From Enoplolaimus lenunculus (lineage: Eukaryota): DNA of 35,451 bases. Positions within the stretch are counted from its first letter, which is position 1, and the number at the start of each line of letters is the position of its first letter. Shown here piece after piece: positions 11,604 through 22,775 of the stretch. The notes under the pieces are model-generated. The model saw nothing but the letters and a program-made list of their open reading frames with translations. It made no database searches and was not told the origin of the DNA. Both the position numbers and the translations under genes were made by a program. Location of the stretch: NCBI GenBank assembly GCA_030248215.1, contig JASANG010004131.1:496001-531451 (forward strand), given 5' to 3'.

Positions 11604-11986
11604 CTAAATTATAAATGATAATTATAGACAATGGCTGGGTTTCTGAAATCTTAGTTAAAAACTACCATTTATACTTACCTTTTTTCATTTTGAGTCGCTT
11701 TATTAATACCTGGTTCTTCTAAAACGTTCCTTCAGTACAGTTGCCGAAATTTACACTTCAATGCAAACCAAAGTCTACAGGTATAAGTAGGTGTAAGTCT
11801 AAGATTAATTCAGAATGTAAGAAAAGCCCAAGTTATGCCAAATTCCAAAATTACAAAAACTGTGCAAGGGTTTAACTCTACAAGATCTCAAAAACGTGCT
11901 AAACTGTACACGTGTGTTTGTTTACAAATAATAGTTTTCTAAACCAACACCAATCTAATGAATGTGTTCATTAAATACAATATTAC

Positions 11987-12221
11987 CTTCCGTTGTCGCC
12001 AAACTGGTATCTTCTGCTTGACTACTGCTTACAGACGACTCGCGCAACTTCAACGCCAAATCAGACGCAACTGCAACATCATCGTACAGTCGTGTCATTT
12101 CGTTGCACACTCGTGTCGACAGTGGGATTTGACGATCTGAGGTAATTTTTGCTAAACGTTCCCATTTGCCACGCAACTCGTCTATTTCTGGTTCGCGACC
12201 TCGAAGTTCAATTGTTAGGGC
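11987..12221 (-). CDS. dys-1: Dystrophin exon (235 bp, phase 0-1): ALTIELRGREPEIDELRGKWERLAKITSDRQIPLSTRVCNEMTRLYDDVAVASDLALKLRESSVSSSQAEDTSLATTE
   Basis: Acceptor ttttcag|GCC, donor AAG|gtaata; in frame with both neighbours. Confidence 0.85.
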
Positions 12222-12678
12222 CTGAAAAAATAAAGCAAGTAAGTGTTGTTTTGCTCCTTGAACGAGTATTGTCAACTGTGTTTAGCACCTGTCATCAGTT
12301 GGTAAAGCTGTTCAGCATTTTAATAGCCAATGGCGTACCGTAGAATTTGGATTGGTCTTAAGACAAATCTGACTAATCATTAATGATAACAGAATGAGAT
12401 AGCGTCTTTACTGGACGGTACTCAATATTGAATGTATACTGCCGTCCCGCTGTCACCCTCCTCTTTGTACGACCCTGCAGAGTGCATCAACACAAATCTT
12501 TGAAACCTAATTGCATATCAGGTTGTCACCCAACGTGGAAAAATGTATAGCTTTAAAATAGCTCTCTCTAATATCCAATTCATTGAAAATGTATCAACAC
12601 CGCGAGAACAATAATTATTGTTTGAAATTTTCTACTAACACCGCTAACTTATGAAATTGTAGTATTAGACAAACTTAC

Positions 12679-12849
12679 ATGAGGATCAATTCGTAACGGT
12701 GTGTACAGCACAGCGCTTTCATATTCTTCCAACGATTCTCGAAGCCCTGACGCCCATCGCGTTAGCTCCGCGAGCTGCTTGTTGAACTCTTTCGCTCGCT
12801 CGGTTTCCGTGTCCAGCATAGCGAGTTTCGAGCGAAACTCAGGTTCAAT
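12679..12849 (-). CDS. dys-1: Dystrophin exon (171 bp, phase 0-0): IEPEFRSKLAMLDTETERAKEFNKQLAELTRWASGLRESLEEYESAVLYTPLRIDPH
   Basis: Acceptor gtttcag|ATT, donor CAT|gtaagt; resembles human exon 48 (QLNHLLLWLSPIRNQLEIY). Confidence 0.9.
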
Positions 12850-12863
12850 CTGAAACATCAATT

Positions 12864-12914
12864 TATATATATATATTTATATATTATATATATGTATTAT
12901 ATATACATATATAT
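12864..12914. repeat. Degenerate (AT)n microsatellite
   Basis: Directly visible, just upstream of the 12849 acceptor. Confidence 0.85.
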
Positions 12915-13433
12915 AAACATCATTACAACTGTCAGCAAACACATAAATCTATTCACCACGTAAGTCTAAGTGGATTTTTTCTGAGAAGCAAAACGAATCA
13001 AACCAAGAACCACAACCGATTTTAATCATCAACCATAAGGGAATTATTAAAAAGCCAGAAAATTTGCTCACACTTGTTACACGTGTCAACTCGTCTGCGT
13101 GCGCCCTGTTAAAATGGGTTGGTACCCGTTGCACGCGAAGCTGGTTTCGGCCACTCGAGCAGCTGCGCTCGGGGGGGGGGGTGAAGAGGCGGACGTCCTA
13201 TGTCATTTTTAAAGTCAGAAAATTTGGCACAATTTAGAATAGAAAATTTTCTGAAAACATAGTGAGCTTACAACTCATTAAAATTACATTTGGCTTCTGG
13301 CTCGTTTCGCTCGCGGAATTTTTTCCACTGTTATATTGCTCTTCAGCGTCTAACATTGCTCTCGTTTTCTAGATTATCTGCTGTGTTGCTGGTTACGGAC
13401 CCGGAGAGACGCGAAAGAAACAGAATAGCTTAC

Positions 13434-13583
13434 TTTATGCAATCGCGTTTCCAATTCCGTCATTTCGTCTTGTACTTTTTGTTTGAGTTTGAGCGGAATT
13501 CGCTGCGAAATAACAACTTTTTCTGCTGCTTTGTTCAAGTCGACCATCACTTTGAGCTTCGTTGGCAGTTCTTCGAATTTTTC
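13434..13583 (-). CDS. dys-1: Dystrophin exon (150 bp, phase 0-0): EKFEELPTKLKVMVDLNKAAEKVVISQRIPLKLKQKVQDEMTELETRLHK
   Basis: Acceptor ttttag|GAA, donor AAA|gtaagc; EELP...LN as in human exon 47 (LLVEELPLRQGILKQLN), same size. Confidence 0.92.
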
Positions 13584-13902
13584 CTAAAATTAAAAAATAT
13601 CAGGACAGAAATATCAATAAATAAGAAAAAGTTGTCATTGAAAAGTACAAAATACCATTACCACTCAGGCCGCATACGCTGGTGACTAGTAAGGTTTCGT
13701 TGGTGCGTAATAAATAAGCAAAAACATCGATACTAAATTAGTGAACTGAACGCTGGGTTACGAATTGAATCCGTCACTATGCTTTTGATTATAGAATTAA
13801 ATCTGATTGGATAGCTTGTTTAAGTAGCAATTCAGCCTACGCCAAAGATCTATTATGTAGCAAAGCAGATTGGCCTAGGTCATTTAGTAATTGGTCTGAA
13901 TA

Positions 13903-14049
13903 CAGGCCCGTAGCCAGCTCACATTATTTTCAGGAGGGGCATTCGATGGTTTTCAATGAGTTACAAGAAAGTTGAAACATTTTTAGGGACGGGGTAAAAT
14001 TTTTATAGTGGGCTGAGCCCCCCTGCCCCCCCCCTTAGCTACGGACCCG
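13903..14049 (+). mobile_element. hAT-like MITE family A, copy 2
   Basis: caggcccgtagc...gctacggacccg; TSD tctgaata/cctgaata. Confidence 0.82.
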
Positions 14050-14162
14050 CCTGAATAGCAGTTTGGCATACAAAATATCCATTGATGTTTTCCATTACCG
14101 TTATGACTTATTCACCCTATTACCGCTATTGGATTATAACTTTAATTAAAAACTATATTCAC

Positions 14163-14310
14163 TTTGTATCGTGCAATAGCATCATTCAACGCGTCACAGT
14201 CAACCGGATCCGCTTGAATTGACAGTTGTGTTTCAGTTTCGTCAAGCCAAAACGCAAGATCATCAGCTTCATCTCGAAAACCGCTATCGTCTACTCGATG
14301 GTCTTCAAGC
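14163..14310 (-). CDS. dys-1: Dystrophin exon (148 bp, phase 2-0): RLEDHRVDDSGFRDEADDLAFWLDETETQLSIQADPVDCDALNDAIARYK
   Basis: Acceptor gtttcag|G, donor AAA|gtgaat; spectrin helix A (F......L..WL.E.E); size and phase equal human exon 46. Confidence 0.92.
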
Positions 14311-14361
14311 CTGAAACCGCGCAGCCTATTTACAAATGTTGACAGCTTTGCAACTGGGGAT

Positions 14362-14714
14362 TACTAGTATCCAGAGTGTATAATGGACAGTATGACACTT
14401 CTCCATCTATACACATATATTGCGTGATAGTACGCGAACCTTAATAGATGCTACCCCACCCTTGATTGAGGGGGGAGTCTTAACTACAGCCGCAAGTTAA
14501 CACACTTGCGCAAAATACATCTAAACGGCATGTTTAGGGCAGACGACCTCTTTTCATCTGATACGCAATTTTGTTTAATGCAAAGCCGTACAGAACCCCC
14601 CCCCTCAATCAAGGGGGGGTTAGACAAAGTAGGGTCCGCGTGATACTACATCACGCTAATACGTGTTGTATGCATAGTGTCACACTCTTCCTGTATTATA
14701 CACTCTTGCTAGTA
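14362..14714. mobile_element. Palindromic MITE with long degenerate arms, TA-flanked
   Basis: tactag...agagtgtataat / attatacactct..ctagta, plus the inner pair cccttgattgagggggg / cccccctcaatcaaggg. Confidence 0.7.
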
Positions 14715-15054
14715 TAAAGAGGTAAGAAAAATTATCTTTGAACTCCGTTTATCCTGTGGAGAAAGGTTTTCCTCGAGATAGGCGGTGATGGCGAAAATAT
14801 GATTTCGAAGTTTGGTTAATGATTTGTTTTGATTAAGTTGTGGTGCTGACCATTTTCGAAACTACCTGATCACTGGTTTTGGATACGTTTTTAAAATGAT
14901 CAAACGGTGGTCAACAACAAAACAACGCCGTTTATCTCAACTCAGATTCAAACACAGATATTTATACAATGCACAGTTTGTGACAAAAAACAGTTGAATT
15001 GTAGTTTTTCGAAGAAACAATAAACAGAGGAAGTCTTCGCTCAACTCAACTTAC

Positions 15055-15261
15055 TAGGATGCAACCGGAATTATAGAATACCGGAGCCGGAAATGGAACC
15101 GGAAAGTTATGTCAATTTTTCTTAAATTATGGAACAAGAAAAATTTTCAATACCGAAAATACCGGAAAGTTCCGGTGAAAAAATACCGGACTTTTTACCG
15201 GAACCAGATAGTGAAAAATGCCGGATTTCCCTACCGAAACCGGAATTCCGGTTGCATCGTG
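15055..15261. mobile_element. hAT-like MITE with ACCGGAA subterminal repeats, inserted 8 nt into an intron
   Basis: TIR taggatgcaaccggaatt / aattccggttgcatcgtg; perfect 8-bp TSD caacttac at 15047-15054 and 15262-15269. Confidence 0.88.
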
Positions 15262-15269
15262 CAACTTAC

Positions 15270-15445
15270 CTATTCCTGCGTTGAGTTAAATCTGATTTTA
15301 AATTCGTCCAACGATCATTCATTTCGTTCAATCGTTGCTCCAAATGATCAACTTCTGGTCCGCTCAACGACTCGAGTAACCCGATGCCAGCTTTATAAAC
15401 TTGTCGAATCGAAGCATCATCAGCGATAACGTTTGAATTAATATC
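15270..15445 (-). CDS. dys-1: Dystrophin exon (176 bp, phase 0-2): DINSNVIADDASIRQVYKAGIGLLESLSGPEVDHLEQRLNEMNDRWTNLKSDLTQRRN
   Basis: Acceptor gtttag|GAT, donor TAG|gtaagt; classic spectrin helix C (RLNEMNDRW..L...L..RR); size and phase equal human exon 45. Confidence 0.92.
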
Positions 15446-15640
15446 CTAAACGCCTCAATGTGTACTGCTCAAACAACTCTTAGGGCTCTTGTACCCTTCC
15501 CCACGTTTACCTTTAGGCTCAGGCTCAAGCTTAGGTTTAGTAAGTGGTTTGCCTAATCCTGAGCCATATCGTTGAATATGTGGAAGTCTACCAGGGCCAG
15601 TAAATACATCATACTAATTTTGAAAACAGAACTGCCTAAG

Positions 15641-15810
15641 CACTAGCGGATACAGAGGGGCGAGGAAAACGGAGGCATACGACCCACCCTGTCAGAAAAT
15701 TTTTGTGATAAAATGGTACGGTTTTCCTTACCTTACAATTTTTGTGCTCACAAAATTGACACATATATAGCATACAGTAAAAATGTGACAAAATTGTGGA
15801 TCCGCCGCTG
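15641..15810. mobile_element. Degenerate MITE with family-B-like ends
   Basis: cactagcggatac...ggatccgccgctg; no TSD found. Confidence 0.45.
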
Positions 15811-16494
15811 TTCAAATCAGTCTACAAATAGTCTGTGGAAATTCATTTTGTGCTAAAAGCTTGAAACGAGCAAGAGTTTACGTGAACGCGGACACATGAC
15901 ACAGCTTATGGCGTTGTAGTAGCTAATCATTGCATTTCAATCAAAACTACATCCGATTTCGCGCCAAACGTCACAGCCACACAACAAATACCCCCTCGCT
16001 TTTCCAAATAGTAACATCAGATTAATCTTGTTCAACAGTATATACAGAGGGAAAAGGGTTCAGCTTCAGAGACGAAACCCTCGTAAAATTAGGGGCATTT
16101 TTTGTGCGGCACAGCAACAATTTATCCTCAGGTTGGCGTATGTAATAAGCCCGGGTCTGTAAAATGAATTATTTTGTATGATTTTACGGTTACCACCAAC
16201 GGTTCGTAGCTAAAACCGTCTCTGTACAAGATTAAAACGGTTATTTTTGTCAAATAACAAAATACGGGTAAGCCGGTAAGACAGTCTGTATGGGGGGTGC
16301 ATACGCGGGATATATGCTTCAGAAATTCCTATTAAGACCCAAAAAAATTTTAGACAAGTTTACACGTATTAGAATGAACCTGTTTGTTAAGGGCAAAAAT
16401 CCGCTAAAGTTCATCTATGCTCACTGTCTGGTTATAAAATAGTTTCAAGGAAGCTTTGAAAATTGAACAGAAATAATAATGCGATGTATGTTAG

Positions 16495-16690
16495 CAGTGC
16501 CGGAGCAGACCAGGGTGGTGGATCCCCCAAACATCAGGGTGGAGGATCCCAAACTCGCGAGCGAAGCAAGCGAGAAGCCAGACACATCTTAAAATTTCGG
16601 TGACTTTTGGTTCTACCGGTTTGGGTGGGGGCACCTTTAGGGGTGGGCCCCCCAAATGGGAGGTATGACAGGGTGGTGGCTCCAACCCTG
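16495..16690 (+). mobile_element. hAT-like MITE family C, copy 1
   Basis: cagtgccggagc...gctccaaccctg; TSD tatgttag/tacgttag; homologous to 17971-18106. Confidence 0.78.
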
Positions 16691-17491
16691 TACGTTAGAA
16701 CCTTTAAAATTTAAGCCCGGTTTGTCAATGGTTTAGTGTTAACTGCAGTGAAGCTGCGAGTTCCGATCATCCTTTTAAACAATTTTGTCGTAGCTGATCC
16801 TTTAATTTATTCGTTATGGGTTGTGGAACTCGCATTGTTGAAATTACAGCAGAAACAATATAAGCAACTGACGTTTGCGACAGTTTAAATACGAGTGTAA
16901 TGGAGTAAGCTTAAGCTTTGAACTAGTATTTTTTCTTAATCTCACGATTAAGTATAAGCTCATTCTTACGACTTAGGCTCAGGAATATGGCTATACGACT
17001 GTTGCGGCGCTGTTCTATGCATTGTCTGTCACACTTATTATCGACCATTGGTACATCAACCGCTGTAATAATTGGAATAATTGCGCGATCCTATGTACAA
17101 GCAAAATTATAAATCTGGGACACTGAGGCATATATGACTAAAACGAATTTAGAAACAAAGCCCACTAGTCAACGTTATTGCAACATTCGCAACCCTACTT
17201 GTTTAGTCTGGACTCAAGGAACTCTCACGCAAATCTTATTACAATTTCAAACCAATGGTCCACATCATGGGCTCATGCGACAAAAAAGGTCAGGCACTGC
17301 TCCGATTTATTTCGGCTCGCGGGCCCAAAGTTTACGCTCGGGTTCGGCTCGTTTACGCTCGCAAGACCAACATTTGGGCCCGGGCCCGGTTCAGGCCCAG
17401 GCACGGGGTAGGCCCGGGCGTAGCCTGAGGCACGGGACCCGGACCGGTAGCAACCCTGCATTTATTACGTATTTATTTTCTGTTTCATTAC

Positions 17492-17645
17492 CTGAAGCAA
17501 ACCATCGATGATGTCTAAACTTGCATCACCGCTGCCAATTTGTGGAATTTGCCGAAATTGTTTTTCAAGCGAATCAAGTTTGGCTTGTGCGACTTGAAAA
17601 TCGCGATGAAACGCTTGCCATGAATTGAGGCAAAACAGATACTGA
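17492..17645 (-). CDS. dys-1: Dystrophin exon (154 bp, phase 2-0): NQYLFCLNSWQAFHRDFQVAQAKLDSLEKQFRQIPQIGSGDASLDIIDGLLQ
   Basis: Acceptor gtttcag|T, donor CAG|gtaatg; W..FH.D as in human exon 44 (WRRFHYD). Confidence 0.9.
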
Positions 17646-17657
17646 CTGAAACAGAAG

Positions 17658-17833
17658 GGCCCATGTATAGAACAAGGCCGGAACAGTGGTATATGCATAT
17701 TCCTAAGCCTAAGCCTAATAAGCCTAAACCTAAGCCTAAGCCTAAGCTTAAGCAAAAAACTTAGTCTAAAGCTTAACTTGATACTATTACAGTCCTACAG
17801 GAAAACGTTCCGGCCCTGTTCTATACATGGACC
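17658..17833 (-). mobile_element. Merlin-like MITE carrying telomeric (GCCTAA)n, subfamily 1
   Basis: 27-bp TIR ggcccatgtatagaacaaggccggaac with 2 mismatches; perfect 8-bp TSD aacagaag at 17650-17657 and 17834-17841; GG..CC ends. Confidence 0.88.
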
Positions 17834-17970
17834 AACAGAAGTGTAGCGTGTGAGAGATACGCCGTAGCTCGTCGAACATGTTTAAGTGGTGCTAGTAATC
17901 TTACGCTGCCAAACATGCTGAGTCAAATTGACTCTCTCTCCAAAATAGGCTCTACGGGATTACACAAATT

Positions 17971-18106
17971 CAGTGCCAGAGCAGACGTCGCGAGAAGTCA
18001 GACGCATTTTCCAACTTCAGCGGTTTTTTAAACCGGTTAGGGTGGAGGCCCCTTTAGAGGTGGTGCCCCTTCAAATGGGTTGTATGGGGTGGCTGCTCAG
18101 GCCCTG
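17971..18106 (+). mobile_element. hAT-like MITE family C, copy 2 (internally deleted)
   Basis: cagtgccagagcagac...gctcaggccctg; aligns to 16495-16690; no TSD found. Confidence 0.65.
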
Positions 18107-18307
18107 AGTTATATGTGGTTGATTTTGCCTAATTTACCAGTAAAACCGAAATATTTCCACGGGCCTAAAGGTTTACTAGTAATCTTTCCCGACTGACGCC
18201 TGATCAACAACGTCACAGTCATTATTTTTGACTAAACGCGAAAGTTGATTTTTACGCTAACTTTTTTCTTCTAACTTTAAAAACAAGAGCATACTTTCAT
18301 GTTTGGT

Positions 18308-18449
18308 CACACCCGTAGCCAGCTCGCCTTGCTAGCGGTGGCTAGAACTTTTTTCATGTAGGGCATACAAGGGTTTTTATTGACTTATAAGCAAGGTTAA
18401 AAAAGTATGGTGTGCTGATCCTCAATGGCACACCTTGGCTACTGGCCCG
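18308..18449 (+). mobile_element. hAT-like MITE family A, copy 3
   Basis: cacacccgtagcc...ggctactggcccg; TSD tgtttggt/tgtctggt. Confidence 0.8.
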
Positions 18450-18638
18450 TGTCTGGTGTCAGGCAACCAGATCGCGCAACCTAATTTAAATGTTTTGGCC
18501 ATTGAAGGCATTCGTTCTGGGATAATTGTTAATACTTTGCTAATTCTATTTAGAACCATTTTAGTAGTGGGTTTTTATTTGAATTAGTGTTTACCGGTTC
18601 GTTTATGTTTATTTGTTTATTTTTTTGATTAATCATAC

Positions 18639-18814
18639 TTGTACTTATCAAGATACGTTTGATTCACCAGCGACCAGTAGTCGCGTAACGCTTGCGATAA
18701 TCGTTGCAGTTGTTGTTTGTCAACTGAATCAGTGCAACGCTCGGCCGTTGTTTGCGTTCGCGATTCTAGTTTCGATACGGCATCGTTCATTGCTTCGACG
18801 TTTTCTTTGATTGT
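18639..18814 (-). CDS. dys-1: Dystrophin exon (176 bp, phase 0-2): TIKENVEAMNDAVSKLESRTQTTAERCTDSVDKQQLQRLSQALRDYWSLVNQTYLDKY
   Basis: Acceptor tttgttcag|ACA, donor CAA|gtatga; resembles human exon 43 (NIKDSL...LQEALSQLDFQWEKVNKMYKDRQ). Confidence 0.9.
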
Positions 18815-18864
18815 CTGAACAAAAATGGTTATGAAAAATTTCTAATTTTATGGGTTTTAAGTAG

Positions 18865-19090
18865 TCGTCCGTACGGCGCCGTCCGCCACCCGTACGGCGC
18901 CTATGATCACCGTGCGGTATCGTACGCAAATCACGTACGATAACGGATGGTGATGGACGGTGACGATGGCGTCGTACGAGTGGCGGACGGTGACGGACGG
19001 CGCCGGACTTGAAGTATAGCGCAATCCTAAGGTTTGCGCTATACTTCACTGTGCTGGACGACGTCGCACGCAACCGCACACCGCTATGCG
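18865..19090. mobile_element. GC-rich palindromic MITE remnants, Harbinger-like; two termini abut at TAA
   Basis: Inverted arms ccgtccgccacccgtacggcgcc / ggcgtcgtacgagtggcggacgg; tgaagtatagcgcaatcc-TAA-ggtttgcgctatacttca at 19010-19048. Confidence 0.55.
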
Positions 19091-20438
19091 TTACTAACAA
19101 ACATATAAAGGCGTGGAATGATCATGGGAGGTCATGAGAAGCTCAAATATGCAAAAACTTTCAAAATCATCGAACCATTTTTGGGCAAACACGGGCTGGG
19201 GGGATAACGGAAAAGAAAAGACTCCAACAGCGTGAGCTTCCGCTTTAGACTATGTTTTGCTTTCGCTTAGGCTTAAGTATAAGCTTAATCTTTACGCTTA
19301 GGCTTAGAATTAGGCTAATATGAAAGATTGACGAATATTTTTCCGGTTCAAAACGTACAGGCAATGGTTGAAAATAAGGCTTCAACACTGTGGCGACACG
19401 TTTATTGTAGTATAGCGTCATTGGGAACCGTAAGACATCATGTGATTATGCAAATGAGCAGAGTTAAACGTTTCATGAAATTCTACACGAAATGCTGTCG
19501 AGCAAATACGTGACAGTTTAAGTAAGCTTCTAAAATTTTAAAGTTCCATACTGAAGCTATTAAGGCAACTGCTAGTTTTCAGCTATCATTCAGCAACTGC
19601 GAATCAGGGGCGGATTGAGAAATTTCTGACGGAGGGAGGGTTGGCAAAAGTAATGAAACGAAATATTTACAGTATGCTATATATGTGCTAATTTTCTGAA
19701 AGGGAAAATTGTAACATACTGACCAGGGTGTAAACAGATAGTAAAAATAACGGAAACGAATAGTGATCAACATAACGGAATCGGAAAACGGATATTGAAG
19801 TATATAGAAAAGTTTCAAAAGTGTGTTACTTTTCTGCCAACACAATTGAGGCGCACATATATCCAGCGCTCTACTGTTTCAAGAATTTGAAAGAAAAAAT
19901 GGCGGATTCATCAAAATTTTTTAAGATTTTGTATGAATTTCGTAATTTTTATTTCATATCGAACGACCAACCTCAAATCCTCGGCCACACCCAGGAATTT
20001 CGGGGTGCTCTCAGCTCTCCTGTTCAGGGACTGGCTTAAGTCTACGGTACACATGAGCCTAAAGCCTAAGTCTCAGCATAAGCCTGCTTTAAACCTAAGC
20101 CGTGGCGTCAACCTATTTTATTAATCAAGCTATGTGAGAGGCAACTTTTTGGGTTGAGGTAAACAAGTGCCACAGAGGTTACACTTGGCATCCGCGTGGC
20201 CTAATTAGTTACCATGAAAAACTGAAAAGTGCGGCCTGCGCCAGTTGTCAGATTTGATATGAGTGTTTCTGCGAACAGTTAACCTCATTGAATGTAATCT
20301 AAACCATCAGCGAAAATCCAACTTTTTGAACTGATTCAGAAAACACCCACCATGTATAAGTATTCACTGGAAAGTCGTATGCATTTGACGAAAACTGGTC
20401 ATTCCTGTCACCTATTTTGCGTACAAAGTGCAAGCATA

Positions 20439-20646
20439 CAATGCAAGAAATGGTGAGTCAAATTGGCTCTCTCCGAAATAGGCTTTTCCTGACTACACAA
20501 ACTGAGTCAAAATTCAACTTCGCCGGAGTCAAATTGAAAATCGAACTTGACTCTGACGGAGTCAATTTTTGATTCAGTTTGTGTGTACCTAGTCAGGAAA
20601 AGCCTATTTCGGAGAGAGTCAATTTGAGTCACTATTTTTTGGAGTG
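20439..20646. mobile_element. Palindromic MITE, TA-flanked; related fragment at about 17919-17970
   Basis: Arms ctctctccgaaataggcttttcctgacta / tagtcaggaaaagcctatttcggagagag are exact reverse complements. Confidence 0.85.
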
Positions 20647-22775
20647 TAGGTGCTGCAAAAAATTACATTGGTGTCTGCCCGCACGGATTTCCAAAACTAA
20701 ACCTGGTTTATATTAGGATTTAATTCTAAATACTCACTACCCCTTTGTGGCCCCCTGGCAGCCAAATCACCGCATGGTCGTATTTGAAGTTTTTCAACCA
20801 TTTTCTCACGAGCTGATTACGGGAGCGGGATGGGTACAGGATTGTTTCAAAATTAAATCAGTAATTACTGACCAAACAAAAATATCAGGGATAATATTTA
20901 TGAATTTGACCACAGACGGCCGAAACCACTCTATGCTCTAAGGTTGGCAATTGTTTGAGCTAGAGCTAATTCCACTAGTTTATTAGCGAGATTTGAGCTA
21001 TCGAAATGACAAATTGTATCGCTTTAGGAATACGCACATCAACTGCAAATAATATACGGCAACATTAATAATGCACCCTTCGCTGGCGTCAGACACGTCC
21101 GCGGCTTAATGTTACTATATACTTCTGTTTACCCCTGCATTCTTCAATGTATTCTTTCGAGAATTATTGTTCTAAACATTTAAAATTAAATTTTCTATCA
21201 GATCCTAACCAACCTTCTTGAGAGTTAAACGAAAGATGTTTGCTTTGTCGTAGCTCAAGACACTGAATGCTTCCAATGATTGGTCAAGTTGCGGAAACAG
21301 GAATTTCTGATAGCGGAGCGAGGGGCTGGCATGTATAATTGAAAAAATATGGCATCAAAAAGCTCAAAATTTAGCTTTAAATGACAAAACTGCGGCATAA
21401 TAGGCGGCGCGGCAACATTTTCGAGATGTACAGACAAGGAAATTTTCAACAAACGAAGGAAATCAGATCGAAACCGCGAGCGAAACAAGCGGCGAAGCTT
21501 GATAAAAATTTTACCATTGCATTAATGTTTGATACAATTTGTGACAAAAATCATGAAATATCAAAACCAAGGGATTAACAAAAGCCTGAACCTGCCCCTC
21601 TAAATATTCCAGCGCTACGCATTGAAATAGTTTTATAGTTTTCAGGAAAACAGTGTCGCGAATACGTCTAAAATGATTGAAAATTTTGGCGTACAACTCG
21701 CTAGACTTCCTAAAATACGATTGGTTGAAAAGCGGAGACGTTCACTATGAAACAAAACCTTCTTACTGTTGCCTTGGCATAGCTGCTGTTCTTATTTATG
21801 GTTATTGTAAATAGCGCCGCTGGTAAAATTTTACACTTCTACGAGTGCCGCAAAATTGAAGCTTTGTATGTTTACTGAATAACTAATTTTTCACCAAAAA
21901 TTTTCTGACGCGCGGATGAGCCTACGTTTCCGTCTGAATCCGCCAACTCGTACCGGAAAATCGTACATCCGCCGCTGTTTTTTTTTTTGCGAAAAAATGT
22001 TTCTTATCGTGCCCATAATGTGTTCATTCTGATAACGATAGTTAGTCACAACGTAACTGCTGTTTATTCCGTTTTGACCCGAAATAAAACTAAAGTTTAA
22101 CGTCAGTTATCTTTCAATTTAAATCAAAATTCAGCATAAATTTAAAAGTGTCGCAATGAAAGTTTTTAAACTTTTATATCGATGCACTTACACTTCTAGC
22201 TTGTATTAATGCTGACTTAATAAAATTATAATAAAGTTCGTTTTGCAGTCTCCGGCTTGCGCTGATAATATCAAAAATGCAGACACAAATACGAATGAAT
22301 AGCAATTTGAATTGTCAAAATACACTTTTAGTGTAGTGGAATTTTCGTTGAAGTTCGAAAATTTCAAACATTTTTTGGTTAAAATTAAATGTTTAACCGA
22401 ACTATCATTTTACAGATATAACGAAATAAAAGTAACTAAGTTTACCACCTGGGCACAGCTGAGGTTCAGAGTCAAAACCTCTCGTTTAGATTCTTGGCTA
22501 CGGATTTTTATAAACTTTAGCAACTGGTAATTTTAACCATAAGAACCCGAATTTGAAATTGTATATAAAACGTAACACCTTTTCCAAAATCTCTGCCGTG
22601 GTTCTAAACTGGAAAATTTTATGTGAATACGACAACGGGTAACAATGATCGTAAAGCATTTAACGTAAACACACCGATTGTTTTTACAAACGGGGACATT
22701 TGCCCAAAAAAGCGGTATCCATCTCATAGAATTTTAACAAGTTTAAAGATAGTAAACTGAAAATTTTTCGCTTAA

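Noticed and set aside
13072..13105. 34-bp candidate exon (AHADELTRVTS) with plausible splice sites
   Set aside because: It needs a phase-2 entry, but the upstream exon ends in phase 0 and joins 12849 directly, as human exons 47-48 do.
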